Source of the DNA: a bacterium
GTDB lineage: Bacteria; SAR324; NAC60-12
Assembly (NCBI GenBank): GCA_965233585.1
Contig: CBDDTI010000007.1
Span: forward strand, 1-17,333
Length of the DNA stretch: 17,333 nucleotides
Direction: 5' to 3'
The notes beneath the pieces are model-generated. The model was not told where the DNA came from and searched no databases. It saw only the letters and a list, made by a program, of their open reading frames with translations. The position numbers and the translations under genes are program-made. Below are positions 1-12,239 of the stretch, piece after piece. Each line of letters opens with the position of its first letter. Position 1 is the stretch's first letter.

Positions 1-716
1 ATAAATGTTATTGAGCGTTTGTCATATATGAACGATATGGTCTGGTATTGAATTGAACAACGCAGTGTTTAGTAACATATGTCAAACACTTCACTCAATA
101 TAACATGTCGGATTAGCATATTTTACGTAAATCATTGTTATTTCTTGATATTTCAAATAATGTGTACGACTTATTTCAGAATAAATATTCAATGTTATAA
201 CAAAATCGTTGTACGTCAGATGTGACCCGGTATTCATTTTCAAACGTATTTTAATTCACTTTTTAGGATTGAAGAACACAGAAATATGCTTAAAGGGGAA
301 ATATAGTATTTCTGCTAATAGTAGCACGCAAAAGATCTCAAGAAATATCTACAATAATAGTATTTTATTACGAAAACGGCACTTGATGTACCTCGTTTTC
401 CCTCAAATATCATAGTTTTATTGATATAAAATCAGTTCTATGTAAGTAATTGACGATTATTTTCATATAATATTGTAGCAGATGTTTTCTTCTATCATTG
501 TATAACTATTGTGTTCAGTAAATAATGTGAAATAAGAAGAAAACGAGGTTTGAACATGCCTATCTTAAAACAACGACCAACATCATGTACTCGACAAATA
601 ACTGGTGCTTACAACGACGTCCGCGACTGTACAAACAAAAACACCGCTTTGCCCCCAGTCGCTTTATTCTCTTATAGCAGTTTAAGCTGAGAAGACGTTC
701 ATCTCTACATCTGAAA

Positions 717-1289
717 ATGGCATCAACGGCAACCGCCACACCCAAGAAGGTCACCAAGGCAAAGAAGCCCAAGGTTCCTGCAGCCCACCCGCAGTACAAG
801 GACATGATTTCTGCAGCCATAACAGCGCTGAAAGAAAGGGGAGGTTCATCCAGGCAAGCCATATTGAAATACATCATGGCAAACTACAAAGTCGGTGACA
901 ACGGCACAGCAGTCAACGCTCGCGTCAAGACAGCTCTGAAAGCTGGCGTGAAGAATGGCACTCTCAAGCAGGCTAAAGGCACCGGTGCATCTGGCTCCTT
1001 CAAAGTTGGCGAAAAGAAGAAAGAGGTTAAGAAACCCAAGAAGGCAACCAAGCCCAAAGCTGCCAAGCCAAAGAAAGTAGCAAAGCCAAAGAAAGCACCA
1101 GCCAAGAAAGAGGGCGGAGAAACCAAGAAAGCTGCCAAGCCCAAGAAAGCCAAGACGCCCAAGAAGAAGCCAGCTGCCAAGAAGTCGCCCAAGAAGGCTG
1201 CAAAACCCAAAACAGCTAAACCCAAAGCTGCACCAAAGGCTAAGAAGGCAAAGACCCCAAAGAAGAAGGCCGCTGCCAAGAAGGCATAA
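717..1289 (+). CDS. H1: Linker histone H1 (190 aa)
   Basis: Globular winged-helix domain (HPQYKDMISAAITALKERGGSSRQAILKYI...KGTGASGSFK), Lys/Ala/Pro-rich C-tail with S/TPKK motifs, and a 3' stem-loop. Confidence 0.98.
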   Translation: MASTATATPKKVTKAKKPKVPAAHPQYKDMISAAITALKERGGSSRQAILKYIMANYKVGDNGTAVNARVKTALKAGVKNGTLKQAKGTGASGSFKVGEKKKEVKKPKKATKPKAAKPKKVAKPKKAPAKKEGGETKKAAKPKKAKTPKKKPAAKKSPKKAAKPKTAKPKAAPKAKKAKTPKKKAAAKKA

Positions 1290-1322
1290 ATTGCACTTTT
1301 GCTGAGCAAAAGCAAACACAAA

Positions 1323-1361
1323 AGCCCTTTTCAGGGCTACCCACATTTTTAGAAAAGAAGC
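1323..1361 (+). terminator. H1 histone 3' stem-loop (1323-1338) and histone downstream element
   Basis: AGCCCT-TTTC-AGGGCT, then ACCCA, then TTTTTAGAAAAGAAGC. Confidence 0.92.
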
Positions 1362-1890
1362 AATAAGTTGACAAAACACAATTCAAACATAGCTCCCACA
1401 CAACTACCTGTTTAGTAAAACATACATACATTTTTATAATTTATACTTTTTTCGTAAAAAGTAATAATACGCTGTTTTTATTTTGTTTTATCTATTTATT
1501 TCTTTTTCACAGTTAATATCAGAAAAATAATTATATATTCTCACTCCAATATGAAATTTATCAGGTGTGTTTTCCTTAAACCCCGTATTAATCGAACTTG
1601 ATATTTCTTCATAAATTTTCAACTTTCAAATTTTCAACTTGTTCATAAATAAGTCGGTTCGTCCGTCACTTTGTCAGTCAGTCTGTATTTATCTATTTCA
1701 ATATCTGCTTTATTTTGCACCATATGTCATCTCTCAATGCATAATAAGGAATTATTTTTTATTAATTTTATGAAATAATTCTTTTAAGCTATGAGGAAAC
1801 TTGTTTTGTAAGTTTTATTTTATGTTCAACTGTATGCCGATGTACAATTTATCCTTTTTATCAAATAAAACCCGATGAAAATGCGACTTT

Positions 1891-2097
1891 CCAATATAGC
1901 AAAATTTTGTGCAAATTTGCACTTCCAAAAGCATTGAAACGATGTTTTACTTCAGCCAATCATTGTACAGAGATTTGACCAATCATATGCGTTGATACAA
2001 AGCCGGTGGCCAATTATCGCCGTCGATACAGTAACGGCGGTGTTTACAAACAAAGGCAATAAATAGAACGCTATGTGACCTTACACTTCATTCATTC
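1891..2097 (+). promoter_or_regulatory. H3 promoter: multiple CCAAT boxes, TATA-like element and cap-site motif
   Basis: CCAAT at 1891, 1956, 1979 and 2010. AATAAATA at 2058-2065. TCATTC at about 2092-2097. Confidence 0.7.
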
Positions 2098-2113
2098 GAC
2101 TCTAAAACGTTGA

Positions 2114-2533
<420 letters not shown>

Positions 2534-2562
2534 GCTGTTTCACACCACATACAAAAACAAAC

Positions 2563-2602
2563 GGCCTTTTTCAAGGCCACCTCATATTTTTCGAAAAGAA
2601 GC
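2563..2602 (+). terminator. H3 histone 3' stem-loop (2563-2578) and downstream element
   Basis: GGCCTT-TTTC-AAGGCC, ACCTCA, then TTTTTCGAAAAGAAGC. Confidence 0.95.
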
Positions 2603-3277
2603 TATATTGTTGAAAACTACCAATACGAAACATAGGTCCAACACACCATCAAAACTCAAATATAGGTCCAATCAAACACAACACAAGAAAAATAAACCCC
2701 TATCTACATACTGTGTAACAATGTCTATGTTAGCTATATATTTCATATATTAATTACGCATGTATATAAATGCGCATATACGAGAAATATTGTGACAATT
2801 GTCTTTTTTACTGACAAAATACACCCTACATATATTTGAAATTATAAATATCGCGATTTTTCTCCCACAACAGTTCAATCTTGTATATATGTCCAGAAAG
2901 TAGACCCTTTTAACGCAGTTCATACACAAATTTCATCCTGTAATAATATAATTTCATTTGGACAAATTGCAATCAAAATGAAAATTTAATATATTTCTCT
3001 TTTGCACATTTATTACATCAAATTACACATTTTTTAAAAACAAATACTGACTAAATTCCTTGTATAATTCTTTTATTCAGATTATACAAAAATAAGGAGA
3101 TCACTTTTCGCTGCTATAACTTTCTGCAAAATATTTTAAAATCACATAAAATTGACAGTCATGAAATATAATGTCATTTATTCATCAATTAATTTATTCA
3201 TCACTCGTGAACAATGTTAATTGCTGTTAATTGCTTTTAATTACTCCAAGAGGATGTTTGTCCATGTTCAAATACCC

Positions 3278-3749
<472 letters not shown>

Positions 3750-3785
3750 ACAACATCTGACCATTGACCAAGTCAAACAAACAAC

Positions 3786-3824
3786 GGCCCTTTTCAGGGC
3801 CACACATATTTTTCGAAAAGAAGC
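3786..3824 (+). terminator. H4 histone 3' stem-loop (3786-3801) and downstream element
   Basis: GGCCCT-TTTC-AGGGCC, ACACA, then TTTTTCGAAAAGAAGC. Confidence 0.95.
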
Positions 3825-3963
3825 GTTAAAGCTGTTTACAAATCAATAAAACACAAGATCACATTCCCCTGCCCATGTAAAGATATATATTTCCTTTTTA
3901 TTTGTAACAGTATCACTATAAGGTATAATATATAAATCATAAAATTGAAATACAACATAGGTG

Positions 3964-4048
3964 TACAGTTTAACAAGGACATACAATTTAACAATGAAAT
4001 ACATTTTAAATAATATTTAATATCACATTTTAAATAATACTTCATATC
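3964..4048. repeat. Short degenerate AT-rich tandem duplications in the H4-H2B spacer
   Basis: 18-mer TACAGTTTAACAAGGACA / TACAATTTAACAATGAAA (3964-3999), then 24-mer ACATTTTAAATAATATTTAATATC / ACATTTTAAATAATACTTCATATC (4001-4048). Confidence 0.7.
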
Positions 4049-4459
4049 TCTGTATATTTTATAAAACAATAACATTACATCTCATTTGAATATATCCATT
4101 ATAAAGATATGTTATACAATATACAACAAAATAATTTTTCAAATCTTGCTACATTTGTTCTGTAACGTTTCCAATATATTCTAATGTAAAATACAAAAGA
4201 ACTGATGACCTATTCACTCATCTTACATATAATCAGAATATGTGTATATGTATATATGTGACATATATGTACTTTCGTTAATTCTATGTCAGGAAGACAA
4301 TAAAAGTGTAAATGTAATATATACATGTAAGTTACGTGTAAATAATATATACATGTGCAGGTATAGTAACAATACATTATAAGTTTGGACATTCATACAT
4401 GTACATTATTCATGTGGTGTGGGACCTTTGTTTGTATTTTGATTTAGTTCAGCTTAATC

Positions 4460-4498
4460 ACTTCTTTTCGAAAAGTTTGGATGGCCCTGAAAAGGGCC
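4460..4498 (-). terminator. H2B histone 3' stem-loop (4483-4498) and downstream element
   Basis: Minus strand reads GGCCCT-TTTC-AGGGCC, ATCCA, then CTTTTCGAAAAGAAGT. Confidence 0.95.
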
Positions 4499-4525
4499 GT
4501 TTGTTTGTTAGCAGAGTAAACAAGT

Positions 4526-4897
4526 TTACTTGCTGCTGGTGTACTTGGTCACAGCCTTGGTTCCCTCAGAGACGGCGTGCTTGGCCAACTCTCCTGGAAG
4601 GAGAAGTCGGACAGCGGTCTGGATCTCTCTGGAGGTGATGGTGGACCTCTTGTTGTAGTGAGCCAGTCTGGAAGCCTCTGCAGCGATTCTCTCAAAGATA
4701 TCGTTGACAAAGCTGTTCATGATGCTCATGGCCTTGCTGGAGACACCAGTGTCAGGGTGCACCTGTTTCAAGACTTTGTAGATGTAGATAGCGTAGGATT
4801 CCCTCCTCCTCCTCTTTCTCTTCTTGTCCCCAGTACGCTGGGCCTTTGCCTTGGAGGCGGCCTTCTTGGATCCTTTGCTGCTTACTTTGGGTGGCAT
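4526..4897 (-). CDS. H2B: Histone H2B (123 aa); the true start is the ATG at 4897, not the 264-aa ORF start
   Basis: [20 protein letters not shown]...[21 protein letters not shown]...[11 protein letters not shown] minus-strand TATAAAA at 4952-4958 lies just upstream. Confidence 0.98.
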   Translation of the reverse strand: MPPKVSSKGSKKAASKAKAQRTGDKKRKRRRRESYAIYIYKVLKQVHPDTGVSSKAMSIMNSFVNDIFERIAAEASRLAHYNKRSTITSREIQTAVRLLLPGELAKHAVSEGTKAVTKYTSSK

Positions 4898-5207
4898 GTT
4901 GATACTTTGCGTGCTAAACGAAAAGTGATATCGTCGCAGTAAATTTTTCGCTTTTATACCATCGATCTGAGCGTGGCATTGAAACGATGTTTTAGTAATC
5001 AAGCGCGGACGTTTAAGTGAGCATACATCGAGCGGCGTTGTTACAAACTTAACCCGAGGGTGTTTATAAGAGCCGTGCGTTGATTGGTTGTTGTGTTTGT
5101 CTGGACTGGGTTTGTGTCGTGTGAATGCCAGCGGTGGGTATATAAAGGTTGACGGTGTGATTTTTGGTTTCATTCTGATTTGATATCGCATCAAGAGAAT
5201 AAGCAAC
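4898..5207. promoter_or_regulatory. Divergent (bidirectional) H2B/H2A promoter, 310 bp
   Basis: H2B TATAAAA (minus, 4952-4958), reverse CCAAT (ATTGG, 5083-5087), H2A TATATAAA (5139-5146), H2A cap motif TCATTC (5170-5175). Confidence 0.85.
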
Positions 5208-5585
5208 ATGTCAGGCCGAGGAAAAGGAGGAAAGACAAAGGGAAAGGCAAAGAGCCGATCATCCCGTGCCGGGCTACAGTTCCCCGTCGGACGTATCCAC
5301 CGTCTGTTGAGAAAGGGCAACTATGCTGAGCGAGTAGGAGCTGGTGCACCAGTGTACTTGGCTGCTGTTCTCGAATACTTAGCCGCTGAGGTTCTGGAAT
5401 TGGCAGGCAACGCAGCCAGAGACAACAAGAAGGGCAGAATCATCCCAAGACACTTGCAGTTGGCCATCAGGAACGACGAGGAATTGAACAAACTCCTCTC
5501 CGGTGTGACCATCGCCCAGGGTGGTGTCCTCCCCAACATCCAGGCTGTTCTTCTGCCAAAGAAATCCGCCAAGGCCTCCAAGTAA
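5208..5585 (+). CDS. H2A: Histone H2A, canonical type (125 aa)
   Basis: [36 protein letters not shown]...VLLPKK. No C-terminal SQEY motif (not H2A.X) and no H2A.Z signature. Confidence 0.99.
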   Translation: MSGRGKGGKTKGKAKSRSSRAGLQFPVGRIHRLLRKGNYAERVGAGAPVYLAAVLEYLAAEVLELAGNAARDNKKGRIIPRHLQLAIRNDEELNKLLSGVTIAQGGVLPNIQAVLLPKKSAKASK

Positions 5586-5615
5586 ACTGTATTCCTCAAT
5601 ACAGTACAACAAAAC

Positions 5616-5654
5616 GGCCGTTTTAACGGCCACCAAAATTTTTCGAAAAGAAGC
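5616..5654 (+). terminator. H2A histone 3' stem-loop (5616-5631) and downstream element
   Basis: GGCCGT-TTTA-ACGGCC, ACCAA, then TTTTTCGAAAAGAAGC. Confidence 0.92.
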
Positions 5655-7301
5655 ATTTGAGTTGAAAACACTGATATCAAACCCAAATATAGATCCCACA
5701 CATCCCCTGATCACGCAAACAATACTTCAATAAATGTAAATACATAGGAAATTAGTGCACTTTGAAATACAATATTACAAATAATAATGAATAGAACAAT
5801 TTATTGTAGAACACAGATAGATTTATTGTACATTGCACATAGATCCCACATTATCATTGAATCTTACATATTTGTACCCCATGAAATGTACAGTGTAAAG
5901 GTAATGAAAGAAATCGTTTTATGGCAACGCATATTTATGTTTAATTTCACCGTATAACTAAGAATATACATAGACCATGTAAAGTATAAGTGTAATTATA
6001 ACGCATGAGTATAAAATTATATATTTGCAGGATATCTGTAATCTCCTAAATAAACCTTCAGAAAATAGTGTTACTGAAATCCGCATTAGTCACAGTGAAA
6101 ACATGGCGTCAAAACGACGTTACGATAACGTCATTGTCATGACGTCATAAAGAACGCTACCAAGACAAAACCATGCAACTCCTTACAAGACTTGGTGCTA
6201 CGTGAAAGACTTCTGCATGGTAGGTGTGAATTTTCTGTTTAACATGAAAAATATTTCAAATTGAATTGAATGTCCACTATTTCTTATAAATGAAACAGCC
6301 ACTGTGATTCATCGATACACGAAAAAGACAGATATTCTGTAAATTAAGTGTAATTAGAAGTCTTATGGCGTGTTTGATGAGTGTCAAAAAATGAATAAAA
6401 TTATATGCATAAGTTCAATGGTAAGCTGACAGATTTTCCGTGTTGAGTAGTAACGAAAAAAAAAAAAGTCAAAATTGTATGTATAATGTCTTAGTTTTCA
6501 TATTTATTTGTTATAACTTTTTGTCTATGAACATGAATATCAACGACATATTTATAACCTTCTGTGAGAAATTAACTGAATTTTCCATAAATGTTATTGA
6601 GCGTTTGTCATATATGAACGATATGGTCTGGTATTGAATTGAACAACGCAGTGTTTAGTAACATATGTCAAACACTTCACTCAATATAACATGTCGGATT
6701 AGCATATTTTACGTAAATCATTGTTATTTCTTGATATTTCAAATAATGTGTACGACTTATTTCAGAATAAATATTCAATGTTATAACAAAATCGTGTACG
6801 TCAGATGTGACCCGGTATTCATTTTCAAACGTATTTTAATTCACTTTTTAGGATTGAAGAACACAGAAATATGCTTAAAGGGGAAATATAGTATTTCTGC
6901 TAATAGTAGCACGCAAAAGATCTCAAGAAATATCTACAATAATAGTATTTTATTACGAAAACGGCACTTGATGTACCTCGTTTTCCCTCAAATATCATAG
7001 TTTTATTGATATAAAATCAGTTCTATGTAAGTAATTGACGATTATTTTCATATAATATTGTAGCAGATGTTTTCTTCTATCATTGTATAACTATTGTGTT
7101 CAGTAAATAATGTGAAATAAGAAGAAAACGAGGTTTGAACATGCCTATCTTAAAACAACGACCAACATCATGTACTCGACAAATAACTGGTGCTTACAAC
7201 GACGTCCGCGACTGTACAAACAAAAACACCGCTTTGCCCCCAGTCGCTTTATTCTCTTATAGCAGTTTAAGCTGAGAAGACGTTCATCTCTACATCTGAA
7301 A

Positions 7302-7874
7302 ATGGCATCAACGGCAACCGCCACACCCAAGAAGGTCACCAAGGCAAAGAAGCCCAAGGTTCCTGCAGCCCACCCGCAGTACAAGGACATGATTTCTGCA
7401 GCCATAACAGCGCTGAAAGAAAGGGGAGGTTCATCCAGGCAAGCCATATTGAAATACATCATGGCAAACTACAAAGTCGGTGACAACGGCACAGCAGTCA
7501 ACGCTCGCGTCAAGACAGCTCTGAAAGCTGGCGTGAAGAATGGCACTCTCAAGCAGGCTAAAGGCACCGGTGCATCTGGCTCCTTCAAAGTTGGCGAAAA
7601 GAAGAAAGAGGTTAAGAAACCCAAGAAGGCAACCAAGCCCAAAGCTGCCAAGCCAAAGAAAGTAGCAAAGCCAAAGAAAGCACCAGCCAAGAAAGAGGGC
7701 GGAGAAACCAAGAAAGCTGCCAAGCCCAAGAAAGCCAAGACGCCCAAGAAGAAGCCAGCTGCCAAGAAGTCGCCCAAGAAGGCTGCAAAACCCAAAACAG
7801 CTAAACCCAAAGCTGCACCAAAGGCTAAGAAGGCAAAGACCCCAAAGAAGAAGGCCGCTGCCAAGAAGGCATAA
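7302..7874 (+). CDS. H1: Linker histone H1, copy 2
   Basis: Same translation as 717..1289. Confidence 0.98.
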   Translation: MASTATATPKKVTKAKKPKVPAAHPQYKDMISAAITALKERGGSSRQAILKYIMANYKVGDNGTAVNARVKTALKAGVKNGTLKQAKGTGASGSFKVGEKKKEVKKPKKATKPKAAKPKKVAKPKKAPAKKEGGETKKAAKPKKAKTPKKKPAAKKSPKKAAKPKTAKPKAAPKAKKAKTPKKKAAAKKA

Positions 7875-7907
7875 ATTGCACTTTTGCTGAGCAAAAGCAA
7901 ACACAAA

Positions 7908-7946
7908 AGCCCTTTTCAGGGCTACCCACATTTTTAGAAAAGAAGC
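7908..7946 (+). terminator. H1 stem-loop and downstream element, copy 2
   Basis: AGCCCTTTTCAGGGCT...AGAAAAGAAGC. Confidence 0.92.
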
Positions 7947-8698
7947 AATAAGTTGACAAAACACAATTCAAACATAGCTCCCACACAACTACCTGTTTAG
8001 TAAAACATACATACATTTTTATAATTTATACTTTTTTCGTAAAAAGTAATAATACGCTGTTTTTATTTTGTTTTATCTATTTATTTCTTTTTCACAGTTA
8101 ATATCAGAAAAATAATTATATATTCTCACTCCAATATGAAATTTATCAGGTGTGTTTTCCTTAAACCCCGTATTAATCGAACTTGATATTTCTTCATAAA
8201 TTTTCAACTTTCAAATTTTCAACTTGTTCATAAATAAGTCGGTTCGTCCGTCACTTTGTCAGTCAGTCTGTATTTATCTATTTCAATATCTGCTTTATTT
8301 TGCACCATATGTCATCTCTCAATGCATAATAAGGAATTATTTTTTATTAATTTTATGAAATAATTCTTTTAAGCTATGAGGAAACTTGTTTTGTAAGTTT
8401 TATTTTATGTTCAACTGTATGCCGATGTACAATTTATCCTTTTTATCAAATAAAACCCGATGAAAATGCGACTTTCCAATATAGCAAAATTTTGTGCAAA
8501 TTTGCACTTCCAAAAGCATTGAAACGATGTTTTACTTCAGCCAATCATTGTACAGAGATTTGACCAATCATATGCGTTGATACAAAGCCGGTGGCCAATT
8601 ATCGCCGTCGATACAGTAACGGCGGTGTTTACAAACAAAGGCAATAAATAGAACGCTATGTGACCTTACACTTCATTCATTCGACTCTAAAACGTTGA

Positions 8699-9118
<420 letters not shown>

Positions 9119-9147
9119 GCTGTTTCACACCACATACAAAAACAAAC

Positions 9148-9187
9148 GGCCTTTTTCAAGGCCACCTCATATTTTTCGAAAAGAAGC
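9148..9187 (+). terminator. H3 stem-loop and downstream element, copy 2
   Basis: GGCCTTTTTCAAGGCC...CGAAAAGAAGC. Confidence 0.95.
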
Positions 9188-9938
9188 TATATTGTTGAAA
9201 ACTACCAATACGAAACATAGGTCCAACACACCATCAAAACTCAAATATAGGTCCAATCAAACACAACACAAGAAAAATAAACCCCTATCTACATACTGTG
9301 TAACAATGTCTATGTTAGCTATATATTTCATATATTAATTACGCATGTATATAAATGCGCATATACGAGAAATATTGTGACAATTGTCTTTTTTACTGAC
9401 AAAATACACCCTACATATATTTGAAATTATAAATATCGCGATTTTTCTCCCACAACAGTTCAATCTTGTATATATGTCCAGAAAGTAGACCCTTTTAACG
9501 CAGTTCATACACAAATTTCATCCTGTAATAATATAATTTCATTTGGACAAATTGCAATCAAAATGAAAATTTAATATATTTCTCTTTTGCACATTTATTA
9601 CATCAAATTACACATTTTTTAAAAACAAATACTGACTAAATTCCTTGTATAATTCTTTTATTCAGATTATACAAAAATAAGGAGATCACTTTTCGCTGCT
9701 ATAACTTTCTGCAAAATATTTTAAAATCACATAAAATTGACAGTCATGAAATATAATGTCATTTATTCATCAATTAATTTATTCATCACTCGTGAACAAT
9801 GTTAATTGCTGTTAATTGCTTTTAATTACTCCAAGAGGATGTTTGTCCATGTTCAAATACCCCAGCCAATCACAAACGATCTTACATTTATCACACCTAT
9901 ATGTCGAGCCGAACGATTCAAAATACTGTGTTTACTAG

Positions 9939-10334
<396 letters not shown>

Positions 10335-10370
10335 ACAACATCTGACCATTGACCAAGTCAAACAAACAAC

Positions 10371-10409
10371 GGCCCTTTTCAGGGCCACACATATTTTTCG
10401 AAAAGAAGC
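10371..10409 (+). terminator. H4 stem-loop and downstream element, copy 2
   Basis: GGCCCTTTTCAGGGCC...CGAAAAGAAGC. Confidence 0.95.
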
Positions 10410-11044
10410 GTTAAAGCTGTTTACAAATCAATAAAACACAAGATCACATTCCCCTGCCCATGTAAAGATATATATTTCCTTTTTATTTGTAACAGTATCA
10501 CTATAAGGTATAATATATAAATCATAAAATTGAAATACAACATAGGTGTACAGTTTAACAAGGACATACAATTTAACAATGAAATACATTTTAAATAATA
10601 TTTAATATCACATTTTAAATAATACTTCATATCTCTGTATATTTTATAAAACAATAACATTACATCTCATTTGAATATATCCATTATAAAGATATGTTAT
10701 ACAATATACAACAAAATAATTTTTCAAATCTTGCTACATTTGTTCTGTAACGTTTCCAATATATTCTAATGTAAAATACAAAAGAACTGATGACCTATTC
10801 ACTCATCTTACATATAATCAGAATATGTGTATATGTATATATGTGACATATATGTACTTTCGTTAATTCTATGTCAGGAAGACAATAAAAGTGTAAATGT
10901 AATATATACATGTAAGTTACGTGTAAATAATATATACATGTGCAGGTATAGTAACAATACATTATAAGTTTGGACATTCATACATGTACATTATTCATGT
11001 GGTGTGGGACCTTTGTTTGTATTTTGATTTAGTTCAGCTTAATC

Positions 11045-11083
11045 ACTTCTTTTCGAAAAGTTTGGATGGCCCTGAAAAGGGCC
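11045..11083 (-). terminator. H2B stem-loop and downstream element, copy 2
   Basis: Minus strand GGCCCTTTTCAGGGCC...CGAAAAGAAGT. Confidence 0.95.
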
Positions 11084-11110
11084 GTTTGTTTGTTAGCAGA
11101 GTAAACAAGT

Positions 11111-11482
11111 TTACTTGCTGCTGGTGTACTTGGTCACAGCCTTGGTTCCCTCAGAGACGGCGTGCTTGGCCAACTCTCCTGGAAGGAGAAGTCGGACAGC
11201 GGTCTGGATCTCTCTGGAGGTGATGGTGGACCTCTTGTTGTAGTGAGCCAGTCTGGAAGCCTCTGCAGCGATTCTCTCAAAGATATCGTTGACAAAGCTG
11301 TTCATGATGCTCATGGCCTTGCTGGAGACACCAGTGTCAGGGTGCACCTGTTTCAAGACTTTGTAGATGTAGATAGCGTAGGATTCCCTCCTCCTCCTCT
11401 TTCTCTTCTTGTCCCCAGTACGCTGGGCCTTTGCCTTGGAGGCGGCCTTCTTGGATCCTTTGCTGCTTACTTTGGGTGGCAT
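11111..11482 (-). CDS. H2B: Histone H2B, copy 2
   Basis: Same translation as 4526..4897. Confidence 0.98.
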   Translation of the reverse strand: MPPKVSSKGSKKAASKAKAQRTGDKKRKRRRRESYAIYIYKVLKQVHPDTGVSSKAMSIMNSFVNDIFERIAAEASRLAHYNKRSTITSREIQTAVRLLLPGELAKHAVSEGTKAVTKYTSSK

Positions 11483-11792
11483 GTTGATACTTTGCGTGCT
11501 AAACGAAAAGTGATATCGTCGCAGTAAATTTTTCGCTTTTATACCATCGATCTGAGCGTGGCATTGAAACGATGTTTTAGTAATCAAGCGCGGACGTTTA
11601 AGTGAGCATACATCGAGCGGCGTTGTTACAAACTTAACCCGAGGGTGTTTATAAGAGCCGTGCGTTGATTGGTTGTTGTGTTTGTCTGGACTGGGTTTGT
11701 GTCGTGTGAATGCCAGCGGTGGGTATATAAAGGTTGACGGTGTGATTTTTGGTTTCATTCTGATTTGATATCGCATCAAGAGAATAAGCAAC
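11483..11792. promoter_or_regulatory. Divergent H2B/H2A promoter, copy 2
   Basis: Same sequence as 4898..5207, with two outward-facing TATA boxes. Confidence 0.85.
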
Positions 11793-12170
11793 ATGTCAGG
11801 CCGAGGAAAAGGAGGAAAGACAAAGGGAAAGGCAAAGAGCCGATCATCCCGTGCCGGGCTACAGTTCCCCGTCGGACGTATCCACCGTCTGTTGAGAAAG
11901 GGCAACTATGCTGAGCGAGTAGGAGCTGGTGCACCAGTGTACTTGGCTGCTGTTCTCGAATACTTAGCCGCTGAGGTTCTGGAATTGGCAGGCAACGCAG
12001 CCAGAGACAACAAGAAGGGCAGAATCATCCCAAGACACTTGCAGTTGGCCATCAGGAACGACGAGGAATTGAACAAACTCCTCTCCGGTGTGACCATCGC
12101 CCAGGGTGGTGTCCTCCCCAACATCCAGGCTGTTCTTCTGCCAAAGAAATCCGCCAAGGCCTCCAAGTAA
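11793..12170 (+). CDS. H2A: Histone H2A, copy 2
   Basis: Same translation as 5208..5585. Confidence 0.99.
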   Translation: MSGRGKGGKTKGKAKSRSSRAGLQFPVGRIHRLLRKGNYAERVGAGAPVYLAAVLEYLAAEVLELAGNAARDNKKGRIIPRHLQLAIRNDEELNKLLSGVTIAQGGVLPNIQAVLLPKKSAKASK

Positions 12171-12200
12171 ACTGTATTCCTCAATACAGTACAACAAAAC

Positions 12201-12239
12201 GGCCGTTTTAACGGCCACCAAAATTTTTCGAAAAGAAGC
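12201..12239 (+). terminator. H2A stem-loop and downstream element, copy 2
   Basis: GGCCGTTTTAACGGCC...CGAAAAGAAGC. Confidence 0.92.

Noticed and set aside
560..1431. Minus-strand ORFs over H1 (105, 177, 145 and 63 aa), including hydrophobic Leu/Phe/Gly/Ala-rich ones resembling membrane proteins
   Set aside because: These are antisense shadows of AAG/GCC/CCA-rich H1 codons, which rarely give stop codons on the opposite strand.
3836..4392. Short AT-rich spacer ORFs (79 and 60 aa), one with repeated IKYYLKC-like peptides
   Set aside because: They are translations of low-complexity DNA and short tandem duplications.
4459..4500. Plus-strand CTTCTTTTCG followed by a hairpin, superficially like U7 snRNA
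   Set aside because: It is the reverse complement of the H2B downstream element and stem-loop, with no U7 Sm site.
4526..5320. 264-aa H2B fusion protein as called in the ORF track
   Set aside because: It starts at a TTG inside the H2A CDS. The canonical H2B ATG at 4897 has its own TATA box.
6440..7000. 65-aa and 111-aa spacer ORFs upstream of H1
   Set aside because: Their composition is typical of AT-rich non-coding DNA, and the 111-aa frame is broken by a 1-bp indel in copy 1.
5700..7300. Linked 5S rRNA, tRNA or snRNA gene, as found in some invertebrate histone repeats
   Set aside because: I could not see a recognisable 5S, tRNA or U-snRNA sequence in any spacer. An Rfam scan would be decisive.
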